DNA from: an uncultured delta proteobacterium
GTDB taxonomy: Bacteria > Desulfobacterota > Desulfobacteria > Desulfobacterales > JAHEIW01
Length of the DNA: 64,000 nucleotides
Direction: 5' to 3'
Assembly (NCBI GenBank): GCA_963706575.1
Contig: CAVPNL010000012.1
Span: forward strand, 32,001 to 96,000
The number at the start of each line of letters is the position of its first letter. Position 1 is the stretch's first letter. The position numbers and the translations under genes are program-made. Of this stretch, positions 28,697 to 39,156 are shown in pieces. The notes beneath the pieces were generated by a model. It was given only the letters and a program-made list of their open reading frames with translations, ran no database searches and was not told where the DNA came from.

Positions 28697-29551
28697 TCAG
28701 GCACCTGCCTTTCGAAAAATTCCGGAAACGAGTTCCTCGACCCGTCTTACCATCATGGGTGTAATGATCCCGGAGGGCCGGAAAATTAGCATCAACACCA
28801 GAACGGCACCATATAAACTCAGACGCCAGTCCTGCATGAAGCGCAGCATTTCGGGCAATATGCTGAAAATAATGGCCCCCACGACAGCACCCCAGAAGGT
28901 ATACATCCCCCCTAAGATGACGTATAGGATGGCCATGGTCGATACCAGAATATGGAAGCTGTTCGATTCGATGTAAAACATGTAATGAGCGTAAAGGCCG
29001 CCGGCCACGCCTGCAATAAAAGCGCCCAGCCAGAAGGCACCGAGTTTCAACAGCTTAACATTTAGTCCGATGGAACTGGCCACTTCCGGGTCGTCCCGTA
29101 CCGCAGCCAAAGAGCGTCCCAGACGCGAATGGCTCAGGAGCCAGAAGAATAGGATAAATGCCAGCACCCAGCCGAATATCATCGGCACAGTGGCTCCGAT
29201 CGGGCCGCGGAAACCATAAGCGCCTCCGGTAGGTTCAAAATTTAAGAAAAAGGTGCGAACGACTTCGCCAAAGCCGAAGGTGGCCATGACGATATATAGA
29301 CCCGAAAGCCTGAGGACCGGAATTCCGACCAGCAGGCCCATAAAACCAGCGACCAGAGCGCCGATGACAATGGCGGGAAATATGGCCAGGCCGGTTTTGA
29401 CCGTAAGATAGGCGGAAGTGTAGGCACCGATCGCCATGAATCCCGCATTTCCAAGTGAAACCTGATCTGTGGATATGATGGCATACACGCTCAGCGCCAT
29501 CAGGATGTTAACGCCCATAAGGGCCACGACCCCCTGCATGTAAACGCTCAT
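28697..29551 (-). CDS. livM: HAAT/LIV ABC transporter permease
   Basis: SLGNAGFMAIGAY, LRLSGLY, GRSLAAVRDD, VILGG. Confidence 0.9.
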   Translation of the reverse strand: MSVYMQGVVALMGVNILMALSVYAIISTDQVSLGNAGFMAIGAYTSAYLTVKTGLAIFPAIVIGALVAGFMGLLVGIPVLRLSGLYIVMATFGFGEVVRTFFLNFEPTGGAYGFRGPIGATVPMIFGWVLAFILFFWLLSHSRLGRSLAAVRDDPEVASSIGLNVKLLKLGAFWLGAFIAGVAGGLYAHYMFYIESNSFHILVSTMAILYVILGGMYTFWGAVVGAIIFSILPEMLRFMQDWRLSLYGAVLVLMLIFRPSGIITPMMVRRVEELVSGIFRKAGA

Positions 29552-29563
29552 TGCCGCTAGCTC

Positions 29564-30430
29564 CTATGCTCCCTGTTGTTTGGCCCCGAACAGCCCCTGG
29601 GGCCTGAAAACAATAAATATGAAAAATAAGCCAAAGAGAATGATATCGCGGTAGCTGGCCGTAAAGTAGGCATCGTTCATAATTTCGATAATCCCGATCA
29701 GCAGTCCGCCGATCATCGCTCCTCGCAGGTTACCCACTCCGCCGATGACCATTGCGACCATGCCGATGAGTCCCTGGCGAATTCCGATAAAAGGCGTGAT
29801 CTGTGAATAGACCAGGGCGGTCAGAACGCCTGCCACCCCCGCCAGTGCTCCGGAGGAAAAAAAGGTGAAGATAATGACCCTATTGGTGTCAACTCCCAGC
29901 AAACTGGCGGTCTGGGGCTTTTCGGATGTTGCCCGCATGGCACGCCCGAAGGCGGTTTTCATGACAAACAGATCGATGGCCACCATCAGTCCCAGTGATA
30001 TTGCTATGATAAGGATGTCGATGGATGAGACCAGAATAGGGCCGATCTGATACTGGGCCAGCTCGGTGGTTTGGGGGTAGCGCGAAGGTTCGGAGCCCCA
30101 GATCTGGGTGGCTACGTTCTGCAGCAGAATGCCAAAGGCAATCGTGCTGAGCAGGGGCATCAAAAAATGCGTTTTGCGCAGCGGTCGAAAACAAACGCGT
30201 TCGATCAGGATGGCCATCAACCCGGCTCCTAACATGGCCAGAAAAAAAGCCAGCGGCAACGGGACGCCTAAAGTGGCAAAACTGAGCCCCAGAAAGGCGC
30301 CGAACATGAAAACATCCCCATGGGCGATGTTCAACATCTGAAGAAGTCCCAGCACGAGTGTAAAACCGATGGCGATTAGAGAGTAGGTGCTGCCCAGTGT
30401 CAATCCATTGACAAGTTGTTGCAGAAACAT
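29564..30430 (-). CDS. livH: HAAT/LIV ABC transporter permease
   Basis: QQLVNGLTLGSTYSLIAIGFTL, NIAHG, GRAMRA. ATG at 30430 after GGAG. Confidence 0.9.
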   Translation of the reverse strand: MFLQQLVNGLTLGSTYSLIAIGFTLVLGLLQMLNIAHGDVFMFGAFLGLSFATLGVPLPLAFFLAMLGAGLMAILIERVCFRPLRKTHFLMPLLSTIAFGILLQNVATQIWGSEPSRYPQTTELAQYQIGPILVSSIDILIIAISLGLMVAIDLFVMKTAFGRAMRATSEKPQTASLLGVDTNRVIIFTFFSSGALAGVAGVLTALVYSQITPFIGIRQGLIGMVAMVIGGVGNLRGAMIGGLLIGIIEIMNDAYFTASYRDIILFGLFFIFIVFRPQGLFGAKQQGA

Positions 30431-30498
30431 CACGATCTCCGGCAAAAGATTTTCCAGGGGCGGTGCGAATGACCGCCCCTGATTAATTGAGCGCAATA

Positions 30499-31707
30499 TT
30501 ACGGCCTGCTGATGGGTACCCAGTGACCCCCTTTGATTTCAAAGACGTGTACATCTTTGATGCCATCGCCGTCTTCATTGAAGCCTCTGCTGGCGACCCC
30601 TTTGAAATCATTAAGCTTGGTGAAATACTGCATGATTTTTTCTCTGTCACCTGCAAGCGCATCGGGCTTATTGGTGACGCCTGTCTTCTGAATGGCCTCT
30701 ACGATCATAAAAACCGCATCATAGGCATTTACGGGATAATAATCCGGCGTAGCCGTATAAGGACTGGCATACATTGTTTTGGCACGTTTTTCGTAAGCCG
30801 CGATGAACTTCTTGCTGTCCTCAGATGCCAGGCTGAGGTGCCATATCGTTCCCGAAAACGTTCCCATGACGGCCTCGCCGCCCAGTTCAGGAACCTCTCC
30901 CTCCATAATGGGGGCGGTGCTCATAAAAGGCTGCTTCAGACCCTGCCGGCGGGCCTCCGTAATGATATTGAGCGCATCCGGCCCTAAAGCACCCATCCCG
31001 ATCCCATCCGGATTCATGGCTTTGAGTTTGGTAATCTGAGCTTTGAACTGAGTGTCATTGGTCTGGAAGGTAACCGGCTCGTCTCCGGTCATAACGTCAA
31101 TCCCCAGCTTTTTAAACGTCGGCGGCAGCACTTTAGTTCCAACGGCCTTGGATACGGCGTCCTTTATATCTGTGATAATGGCAACCTTTTTAATATTGTA
31201 TCTTTCCTTAAATGCAGAGATCACCGCCCCGGCTATTTTATCTTCTGTTAGCGTGTTGCGGAACGCATACGGACGATTGGCAGCTGCAAGTCCCGGCTTG
31301 GATGAAGCCACCGCAACCTGGACGATTTTAAGCTGATTTCCCAGGGGAAATGTTGTTTCGGCCACCGAACTATAATGCGGCCCGACAATCGCAATCACCT
31401 TATGGTCACCCGCCAGCTTGCGCACGACATTGACCGCTTCCTGAGGGTTGCTGGCCGTATCCTCGACAAACAGTTTCAGCTGCAAGCCGCCAACTCCGCC
31501 CATAGCATTGATAACATCTACAGCCGCCTGAGCGCCAATGGCCTCACGTTTGCCGACATTGGCACCATGGCCCGTAATCGGCACCGCCACGCCGATTTTG
31601 ATCTCCTTGCCCTCCAATGCCTGGGCGGTAGAGGATGTATAAAAAGTAACGGCTGACACGAATAAAACCAAAATCGCCAACATGATAATTCTGCTTTTCT
31701 TTTTCAT
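30499..31707 (-). CDS. HAAT/LIV ABC transporter substrate-binding protein (LivK-like)
   Basis: Signal peptide; IKIGVAVPITG, INAMGGVGG, YDAV. Confidence 0.9.
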   Translation of the reverse strand: MKKKSRIIMLAILVLFVSAVTFYTSSTAQALEGKEIKIGVAVPITGHGANVGKREAIGAQAAVDVINAMGGVGGLQLKLFVEDTASNPQEAVNVVRKLAGDHKVIAIVGPHYSSVAETTFPLGNQLKIVQVAVASSKPGLAAANRPYAFRNTLTEDKIAGAVISAFKERYNIKKVAIITDIKDAVSKAVGTKVLPPTFKKLGIDVMTGDEPVTFQTNDTQFKAQITKLKAMNPDGIGMGALGPDALNIITEARRQGLKQPFMSTAPIMEGEVPELGGEAVMGTFSGTIWHLSLASEDSKKFIAAYEKRAKTMYASPYTATPDYYPVNAYDAVFMIVEAIQKTGVTNKPDALAGDREKIMQYFTKLNDFKGVASRGFNEDGDGIKDVHVFEIKGGHWVPISRP

Positions 31708-33566
31708 GATCTTAATCCTCCTTTGCTTGTGTTAAGTGGAATACTTTTGGCCTCCTTTGTCAGTTCAAGCTTTATCAACAGGTTTAATGTCGGATTACCG
31801 TTTGGTTCCCATTGACGCGTGCGATAGTAATCATCTAGTAATCGATCGAGTTCAACAACATGTCCCCTGGCCGGGCCTTGCGGCATGGGCTCATCTAAAA
31901 GCCTGGGTGGCAGGGTATCCTCTTTGCGGGAAAATCCCTCACGAATGTTAAATAATCTTTCCAGATTCCAAATTCGGTCACCGGCCTCCATCAGCGACTC
32001 GGCCGTCCATGATTTTCCGGTGACACAGGAAAGAAGCTCGGCAATTTCCGCCATTTCCATACCGTCGTTATGGGGGGGGAATACGCACACGCCCAGGGAA
32101 TCAAGGACGGCGGTTTCATCCTGGGTTTCTTTGACCACCTTGCCTTTGCCGTCTATCGCCAGAGGATCAATAAACGGCGGCGCCCCGAAAGTTTCCCTTG
32201 CGATGAGTCCGCGCTCATGGCACCCGCCTCTGGGCGAAGTGGCATACTCAATTCCCATGCCTTTGGCGCCACGCGGATCATAGGCAGCCAGCTCCAAACC
32301 TTTGGCGTGCATGGCAAATTGTTCGGCCCCTTTGCCGATTTGTTCGGCGGCGCGGCGGACACCTTCGGCCAGCAGATCGCCGATCCCCTGTCGGCTTCCG
32401 ATTTTGCGGATCATTTCCACCATGGCCGAATGGTTGCCAAATTTTAAATTCAGCCCGTCCAGCTCCTGGGTTGTGAGGAGTCCCTTTTCAGCGCACTCCA
32501 TCGCAAAAGCAATGGCGCTTCCGGTGGAGATGGTGTCCAATCCCAGTTGATCGCACAGGCGGTCAGCTGCGATAATCGCATCAATGGAGCTGTTACCGCA
32601 TTGAGCGCCAAAGGCCCAGAAAGTTTCATACTCGGGGCCTTCGGTGCTGATACCCTCATAAGGTCCTTCGGCCGCCCGGGTAAGGTTGCCGCATGCGACC
32701 GGACACTTATGACAGGTCACCGCACTTGTGACCCGTTTTTGTTGCTCGACGGCATTTACCTTGTCGATGCCTTCAAACACGCCCTGCTGGAAATTGCGGG
32801 TCGGAAAAAGGCCCCGGGCGTTAACGAGGACGAGGTTGTTGGGCGTGCCAAATTTTCCGAACTGCTTAAGGCGCTCGATGGCGGGGACCTTTTTACGGAT
32901 GGCCTTTTGAATTTTATTAAACGTTTGCGGATCCGAGATCGGAACATTTCTTGACCCCTTTACGGCAATCGCCTTGAGGTTTTTCGCGCCCATTACCGCA
33001 CCGGCACCGCCACGGCCGGCCGCGCGCCAACCGCTGATGATGCAGGCAAACCGCACGGATTTCTCCCCGGCAGGTCCGATACAGGCCATCTCAATCGACG
33101 GCTGGTTTAATTCTTTGCGGATGGCATCCTGGCATTCGTCTGTTGTCATCCCCCCAAGATGGTTGGCACTGCGAAATTCAACCTCACCATTATCAATCCA
33201 CAGATAGGTGGGCTCATCCGACCGGCCCTCGATGATAAGCCCATCGTATCCGGCAAAGCGAAGATTTGGACCGAAGAAACCGCCGGCTAAGCTCATTAGA
33301 ATCGTTTCCGATAGCGGAGATTTTGTCACGACCGTGTATTTAACGCACCAGGGAGCTCCGGTTCCGAGCAATGGGCCGGTCAAAAACAGCAACTTATTTT
33401 CAGCACTGAGTGCATCCACATGCGGTGCCAGTTCATCAAATAAAATTTTGGCGCCAAGGCCCCGGCCGCCCAAAAATTTATCGATCCAAGATGGGCGGAT
33501 TATTTCCTCCTGTATTTTTTTCTGTGACAGATTTATTCTGAGGATGACAAAACTAAAATCTGGCAT
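31704..33566 (-). CDS. aor: Tungsten aldehyde:ferredoxin oxidoreductase (AOR family)
   Basis: LGGRGLG, KSPL, GRGGAGAVMGAKNLKA, CHKCPVAC, GPEYET, CDQLGLDTIS, YDPR, NLERLFN...DTLP. Confidence 0.92.
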   Translation of the reverse strand: MPDFSFVILRINLSQKKIQEEIIRPSWIDKFLGGRGLGAKILFDELAPHVDALSAENKLLFLTGPLLGTGAPWCVKYTVVTKSPLSETILMSLAGGFFGPNLRFAGYDGLIIEGRSDEPTYLWIDNGEVEFRSANHLGGMTTDECQDAIRKELNQPSIEMACIGPAGEKSVRFACIISGWRAAGRGGAGAVMGAKNLKAIAVKGSRNVPISDPQTFNKIQKAIRKKVPAIERLKQFGKFGTPNNLVLVNARGLFPTRNFQQGVFEGIDKVNAVEQQKRVTSAVTCHKCPVACGNLTRAAEGPYEGISTEGPEYETFWAFGAQCGNSSIDAIIAADRLCDQLGLDTISTGSAIAFAMECAEKGLLTTQELDGLNLKFGNHSAMVEMIRKIGSRQGIGDLLAEGVRRAAEQIGKGAEQFAMHAKGLELAAYDPRGAKGMGIEYATSPRGGCHERGLIARETFGAPPFIDPLAIDGKGKVVKETQDETAVLDSLGVCVFPPHNDGMEMAEIAELLSCVTGKSWTAESLMEAGDRIWNLERLFNIREGFSRKEDTLPPRLLDEPMPQGPARGHVVELDRLLDDYYRTRQWEPNGNPTLNLLIKLELTKEAKSIPLNTSKGGLRS

Positions 33567-33612
33567 TTCCCTATCCTAAAGGTTAATGATTGATATTCGT
33601 GAAAACCATATT

Positions 33613-33942
33613 CTAATATGTGCTCCCCCAAACCACCGACTTCTTCTTTTTAGAAGCCAGCTCGGTCATTTCCTCGATCGGACCAAAGTTCATACATTTG
33701 GTCATGCAATGGTGAACACAGGCAGGTTTTTGGCCCTGTACCACCCGACTCATGCAAAAATTGCAAAATTCGGTGGGAATCGGGACATATTCGATAACCC
33801 CTCGCCCATTCACTTTATAGGTACGCTCGATGACGCGAATGCCCCATTGGTCCGTTTTGAGATTATTTTCCTGTTTACAGGCAAGTTCGCAGGTATGACA
33901 GCCGCTGCACCAGTCATAATCGATATACAGTCCGTATTTCAT
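33613..33942 (-). CDS. 4Fe-4S electron-transfer subunit (small DmsB-like)
   Basis: IDYDWCSGCHTCELAC, CNFC, PACVHHC...C. ATGA overlap with the upstream Mo enzyme. Confidence 0.9.
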   Translation of the reverse strand: MKYGLYIDYDWCSGCHTCELACKQENNLKTDQWGIRVIERTYKVNGRGVIEYVPIPTEFCNFCMSRVVQGQKPACVHHCMTKCMNFGPIEEMTELASKKKKSVVWGSTY

Positions 33943-36200
33943 AAAAGGCTCTCCTTCTGGTATATACCGTTAATGCCTTCTTTGGCTTTGTAGACTTTGC
34001 ACATGATGGACTTATACTGCCCGCCGCCAAAACCACATTTGGCTTCGGTTCCATCCGGGATCAACTGATTGACGTTTACCTCCCACAGGCCGTAGAGCTC
34101 TTCGGCTTTCTTTTCCGGAAGCCACCAACCATGCGGTGTTTGAACGACTTTTGGATGGATACCGTGAAAGTAGCGGGTCTTGCGCTTGCAACGGCCATGG
34201 GGGTTTTCAACCCAGACCCAATCACCGTCCGCGATTCCCAGGGATCGAGCGGTATCCGGATGGATTTCCAGCACCGGATTGGGCTCCAGTTCCCTTAAGG
34301 GCTTAATGTTGCGATGTTCGGCATGAAAATACAGAACACTGCGTCTGCCGGTGGAAAGAATCAAGGGGTATTCTTTCGCGAGTTCGGGCGTGCTGTAAGG
34401 GCTCATGTGGGGCTCCTCATAATAGGGAAGCGGGTCATAGCCCATTCTTTCAAAATGCGTTGAATAGAACTCCACTTTGCCGGTGGGTGTATTAAAACCC
34501 GGCTTTCCGTCCGGACGCAACAGTCCCTTTTCATGTCTGTGATAAGGCTGAGTGGGATGTCCTTGCGGCGGAAACACCCAGCCTTTTTCTTTCAGCTGAT
34601 CATAATTCAGGCCGGACGGCTTTAAAAAATCGTCAAAAAGTTCACGCAGGCTGTTCCATTTTAGATTCGGGTTGAAACGCCTGGCCAGCTCAAAGCACAT
34701 TTCCTCATCGGGCTTGCAATGCGGCACCTCAATGGACTTCTGCATGGCATTCAGCGGTGTCCACCAGGCTCTGATGCCGTCACGTTCAGCCATTGTGGCT
34801 GCCGGCAGGACCACATCGGCCAGCGCCGCAATGGTCGGATTCATAAACACATCTGAAATGACAATAAAGTCCAGGCGGTTGAGGGCCTCATAATATTTTC
34901 TGGGATTTGCGGCCGAAGCCAGCATATTGTTGCCCGCTATCCAGGCGCCCTTCAAGGGATACGGTTTGTCCGTCAACATGGCTTTCAGGATCATGTCGGC
35001 CTGGGCCCGCCAGTGAAATTCCTTTACCACCGGGTACTCCTCCACTCCGATGCGTTTCGCCATTTGCTCGGGAGGCATGACATCACCATAGTACTTGGCG
35101 ATCGCTTCCTGGCTCATGGGATAAGGCGGAACGTCATAGGCCATTCGGGTGATGGCCATCCCCCCCGGGATATCGATATTGCCGGTGATGGTCCAAAGAT
35201 GTATGACGGAATTCGCCACCATAGCGCCCTCCGGAGCCAGGTCCACCGGTACCCCCCAATGGATGGAGGCCGGATGGCTGTTAGCAAAAAGCCGGGCCGC
35301 TTCGACTATTTTTTCCTTCGGAATCCAGGTAATTTCTGAGACTTTGTCCGGAGGATATTCCTGTACGCGTTCGGCCAGTTTGTCGAACCCGTGAGTCCAT
35401 TTTTGGACGAATTCCTTGTCGTATAAATCTTCATTGATAATGACATTCAGAAGCCCCAGGGCAAGGGCGCCATCGGTGCCCGGTCTGATTTGTAGCCAGA
35501 TCGCCGCTTTTGAGGCCACCCAGGTGTAAACCGGATCGATCACAATGGCTTTGGTTCCCCTTTTCATGCAGTCGATGATCCAGTTCGACATGAATCCATC
35601 ATTACAGGTTACCGCCGGGTTCTGGCCCCAGACCATGATGGTCTCGGGCAAAACAAATTCCGGGTGTTCATACCGCTCCTGGAAATATTGAGAACAGTCC
35701 GGTACGGTATAATCTCCCTGGGTCATTCGCATCGTGACCAGCCGGGGATGAAAGCATGAATTGCCGGTCAGGCCTCCTTGAAGCCAATTGGGACTTCCAT
35801 AGGAGTAAGCCACCAGCAGGAGCCAGCCCCCCACATTTCTACCGGTTCCCTGGATGAAAACCATGGATTCGGCGCCGAACTCATCCTTAATTTTATTCAT
35901 TTTATTTTCGATGAGATCGTAAGCTTCTTCCCAGGAAATTTTTTGCCATTTATCTTCTCCCCGTTTGCCAATTCTTTTCAGGGGTGAGCGCAGTCGGTCG
36001 GGATGATAGATAAAGTCTTTGATTGCCAGTGCCCTGGGGCAAAGACGGCCGTTATTGTAAGGATGATCAGGGTTACCCTCCATTTTAATCAGTTTGCCAT
36101 CCTTGACATGCATAAACACGCCGCAACCCCCATGGCATCCAGGACCTGCCGACCATGTTACGGTTCGAATAATCTCATCCGCCACATTATTTTCTTTCAT
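33939..36200 (-). CDS. Cytoplasmic bis-PGD Mo/W oxidoreductase (DMSO reductase superfamily; catechol dehydroxylase/acetylene hydratase-like)
   Basis: WSAGPGCHGGCG...GRLCPR Fe-S motif, YHPDRL, GNSCFHPR (candidate Cys ligand), RPGTDGALALG, LADVVLPAA, IHPDTA. No Tat signal. ATG at 36200 after AAGGGAG. Confidence 0.9.
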   Translation of the reverse strand: MKENNVADEIIRTVTWSAGPGCHGGCGVFMHVKDGKLIKMEGNPDHPYNNGRLCPRALAIKDFIYHPDRLRSPLKRIGKRGEDKWQKISWEEAYDLIENKMNKIKDEFGAESMVFIQGTGRNVGGWLLLVAYSYGSPNWLQGGLTGNSCFHPRLVTMRMTQGDYTVPDCSQYFQERYEHPEFVLPETIMVWGQNPAVTCNDGFMSNWIIDCMKRGTKAIVIDPVYTWVASKAAIWLQIRPGTDGALALGLLNVIINEDLYDKEFVQKWTHGFDKLAERVQEYPPDKVSEITWIPKEKIVEAARLFANSHPASIHWGVPVDLAPEGAMVANSVIHLWTITGNIDIPGGMAITRMAYDVPPYPMSQEAIAKYYGDVMPPEQMAKRIGVEEYPVVKEFHWRAQADMILKAMLTDKPYPLKGAWIAGNNMLASAANPRKYYEALNRLDFIVISDVFMNPTIAALADVVLPAATMAERDGIRAWWTPLNAMQKSIEVPHCKPDEEMCFELARRFNPNLKWNSLRELFDDFLKPSGLNYDQLKEKGWVFPPQGHPTQPYHRHEKGLLRPDGKPGFNTPTGKVEFYSTHFERMGYDPLPYYEEPHMSPYSTPELAKEYPLILSTGRRSVLYFHAEHRNIKPLRELEPNPVLEIHPDTARSLGIADGDWVWVENPHGRCKRKTRYFHGIHPKVVQTPHGWWLPEKKAEELYGLWEVNVNQLIPDGTEAKCGFGGGQYKSIMCKVYKAKEGINGIYQKESLL

Positions 36201-36231
36201 CAGGTAATCTCCCTTAATATAGATAACAAAT

Positions 36232-37398
36232 TCATTTTTCGCCATAAGCCTCCTGGAAGAGGCTAATGGCCTGTTCTTCAGAGACTTCGCGTATGTTCAT
36301 GTAAATCAACCGTTGGCCGGCTTCATGGGCTCTAAGCGCGAGCGCTTTTACCTCCTCCCTTTTTATTCCATAATCTTTGAGGTAAGGTGAAAAGCCAACC
36401 TTCTCAAAAAGGTGCATAAATACCTCGTGGGCTTTCAGGTACGGCTTTTGGGTAGGGAGCCCATCAAGGTTGTCTGCAAGAGCTTTGGCAATATCTGCGT
36501 AAAGCGTTTCGTTGCCAATGCTGTTAAATCGAATCACCCAGGGTGCCAGCACGGCCAGTGATCGACAGTGGGTAAACCCATCCAGGGCATCAATACCCAG
36601 AGCAAGGGCATGTATAGCACCCAGTCCACCATTGGAGCAACCAATTCCGGCAAGTGTTGCCGCGCGGGCCATGGCCTCTCTGGCTTCGAGGTCCGAGCCC
36701 TGCTGATATGCTTTGATAAAATATTTACCGATTAATCGTATGGCCTCCAATGCGTATAATCGGCTCACTGGATTGGCCTGGCGGGATGTGTAACCTTCTA
36801 CCGCGTGCAGAAGCGCATCCAGCCCCGTTTCCGCTGTAAGCCTGGGCGGCATATCCAAAGTTAACTCTGGATCTACAACGGCTGCTTCTGCCATCGTACG
36901 GGGATCCCAGATTGATTTTTTGACTTTTTCCTGCGGGTCTTCGACCACCACTGCCTGGGTGGCCTCGGTGCCGCTGCCGGCAGTCGTCGGCACCAAAATG
37001 ACGGGAATCCCTTTTTTTCTCAAGAGGTTTCTTCCCAGAAGCGGTCGCATGCCATCTTCATGGGTTGCGACCACTGCGGCTCCTTTTGCCACGTCCATTG
37101 GAGAGCCCCCGCCAAGACCGATAATCAGATCAGCCTTTGTTTCCCGGGCCTGGTTGGCACAATCTTCAACAATGGCAATATCCGGCTCCGGTTTGGGGTT
37201 GATAAAGATTTCAGCACAGCCCCTGTAAGCCCCCATGGCCTGCAGCGCGCGATCTACAAGGCCCAGTTTCTCAATCGTCGGGCCGCTGACTAACAGAATC
37301 TTGCGGGGTTCGATTGTTTCGATAACCCACTTAATCTGGCTCAGTGCTCCCGGGCCGATGTATAGGCTTTTGGGTTGGACGATGTTATACATGCGCAT
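36232..37398 (-). CDS. Iron-containing alcohol dehydrogenase
   Basis: GLGGGSPMDVAK, PTTAGSGTEAT, DALLHAVE, GAIHAL. Confidence 0.92.
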   Translation of the reverse strand: MRMYNIVQPKSLYIGPGALSQIKWVIETIEPRKILLVSGPTIEKLGLVDRALQAMGAYRGCAEIFINPKPEPDIAIVEDCANQARETKADLIIGLGGGSPMDVAKGAAVVATHEDGMRPLLGRNLLRKKGIPVILVPTTAGSGTEATQAVVVEDPQEKVKKSIWDPRTMAEAAVVDPELTLDMPPRLTAETGLDALLHAVEGYTSRQANPVSRLYALEAIRLIGKYFIKAYQQGSDLEAREAMARAATLAGIGCSNGGLGAIHALALGIDALDGFTHCRSLAVLAPWVIRFNSIGNETLYADIAKALADNLDGLPTQKPYLKAHEVFMHLFEKVGFSPYLKDYGIKREEVKALALRAHEAGQRLIYMNIREVSEEQAISLFQEAYGEK

Positions 37399-37508
37399 TG
37401 TTTATTTTTAACTACAAGTTAAAGGTGTTGCTCTCAATCGGCCCGAAACCCCATGGTTTCTGAAACCCAATAATCTAATCCGGTGGAAATCAACATCCGA
37501 AAATCGAT

Positions 37509-38213
37509 TCAGGTTTTTAAATAATCAAGGACATTGATTTGGTATTCACATGCCAGGAATCTGTCCATGCGTTGGTCAATGAGCTCACAGCGGAAATGAG
37601 AGCCATAAATAATTTCATCCGTTAGAACTGGCAGGGTGCCGGAAAATATTACCAGCCCGTCAGCCATGTCGTCGATCATTTTTGATTTCACCAGTTCCAT
37701 AAGTTCTGTTGCTGAGATGATACTTTCTAACGGGGCTTTCTGGTATAAAATGGCTTCGTGCCCATCAGTCTTGGTAACTTTACTTTGCAATATCAACTCG
37801 TCCCAGCCTGATTTGACATCGTCATAATTCCAGACCTGTTTTGAGATTACATTTGGGCATACCTGCTTGGACTTAATAATACTGTGCCTTTCGATATCCC
37901 GATCGGTATGGTCACTGCCCACGGCAACAAAAACGCCGCCCGAATTTAAAAGCAAGGCAAACTCCGCTTCTCCTGAAGTTTTGCGACCGACAACTTCTAT
38001 CTTATCGGCGGTGGTGATGTTGTGGCCTAGTACGGGAAATATCATCGGAACCGATGGGGGAGGAGGGACACCTTCTTTGCTCAGTTCTTCGATGTGATCA
38101 ACAACCGCCTGTCGGTCTCTGCCGACATAGCCGGCATTAATCATTCGCTCGACTTTAAATTGTATTGTTTCCAACCGGTTTCCGCTGACGACCTCTAAAT
38201 CCATTGTTTTCAT
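37509..38213 (-). CDS. DUF2848 family protein (FAH-like fold)
   Basis: INAGYVGRD..AV..HIEEL, TSGEAE, GSDHTDR, SKQVCPN, FSGT. Confidence 0.85.
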   Translation of the reverse strand: MKTMDLEVVSGNRLETIQFKVERMINAGYVGRDRQAVVDHIEELSKEGVPPPPSVPMIFPVLGHNITTADKIEVVGRKTSGEAEFALLLNSGGVFVAVGSDHTDRDIERHSIIKSKQVCPNVISKQVWNYDDVKSGWDELILQSKVTKTDGHEAILYQKAPLESIISATELMELVKSKMIDDMADGLVIFSGTLPVLTDEIIYGSHFRCELIDQRMDRFLACEYQINVLDYLKT

Positions 38214-38263
38214 AGCGATCCCCGCATAATTTTTATTAAGTCGCTTTACAGCCGAGAACCCAC

Positions 38264-38449
38264 CTACTTTTTATCGCTGAGCAACACCCCACCTGAACCT
38301 GTATTTTCCTTTGGAAATTCGAGCAGATGAATCATAAATTTTTCTTCCGGAATATTGTAGGCGTCGCTTGCGATTTTGGTTATTTTTTCGACAAGGATTC
38401 TCTTTTTATCCAGAGATAATGCTGGGCCTTCGATTGATATGTGCGGCAT
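38264..38449 (-). CDS. 4-oxalocrotonate tautomerase family protein (DmpI-like)
   Basis: MPHISIEG (catalytic Pro1) ... GSGGVLLSD, 61 aa, AAGGAGG RBS. Confidence 0.85.
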   Translation of the reverse strand: MPHISIEGPALSLDKKRILVEKITKIASDAYNIPEEKFMIHLLEFPKENTGSGGVLLSDKK

Positions 38450-38487
38450 ATAAAACCTCCTTTATTATTTTCTTCATCCAGAAGCAT

Positions 38488-39156
38488 TTATTGATTTTCA
38501 ACCAGTGATTTTTCGGTTGCTGCTAAATGATATTTTATTGATTCAGCGGCCTCTTGCTTATTTTTCTGCTTAAGCGCCTTAATAATTGTCTGATGTTCTT
38601 TGATCACCTCATGGATTCTCCCCGGACTGGCCAAGGCCTTTTGGCCAAAGATGGCGATCAGGTCACGAATGTTTTCCATAATTGAGGTCAAGAACCGGTT
38701 GCCGTATCTGTGAATCAAATTCATGTGAAATGCTTTGTCAGTTTCTAAAAAGCCATAAATATCGTCTTTATCAGCGCAATTCTTCATCTGAATCATTATT
38801 TCATCAAGTTCACTTAGATTGAGTTCAATGCTAGAGTCGACCAGCTGCTCAATGATATAAGATTCGATCATTTGGCGTGTTTCAAAAAACTCCTTAATTC
38901 GATTTTCAGAAAATTTTTTAATTTTAAATCCGCGGCCCTGCATGGAAGTCAGCAATCCTTCGGCACTGAGTTGTAACAGCGCTTCGCGAACGGGTGTTCG
39001 GGATACTCCCAAGATTTCAGCAAATTGATTAGTGGAATAAATTGAGTCAAAATCCAACTCGCCGCCGATAATAAGACCTTTGATCCTGTCATATGCCAGT
39101 GCCTGCAGCGTCCCGGGCCGTTCAATTTTATTCATATTTTCCATTGTTTTATACAT
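38488..39156 (-). CDS. GntR/FCD transcriptional regulator
   Basis: LGVSRTPVREAL HTH; DKAFH and EHQTII FCD motifs. Confidence 0.92.
   Translation of the reverse strand: MYKTMENMNKIERPGTLQALAYDRIKGLIIGGELDFDSIYSTNQFAEILGVSRTPVREALLQLSAEGLLTSMQGRGFKIKKFSENRIKEFFETRQMIESYIIEQLVDSSIELNLSELDEIMIQMKNCADKDDIYGFLETDKAFHMNLIHRYGNRFLTSIMENIRDLIAIFGQKALASPGRIHEVIKEHQTIIKALKQKNKQEAAESIKYHLAATEKSLVENQ

Noticed and set aside
33939..36200. True acetylene hydratase or respiratory DMSO reductase
   Set aside because: It lacks the CxxCDxxC motif carrying the catalytic Asp of acetylene hydratase and has a ferredoxin partner. It has no Tat signal or membrane anchor as in DmsABC.
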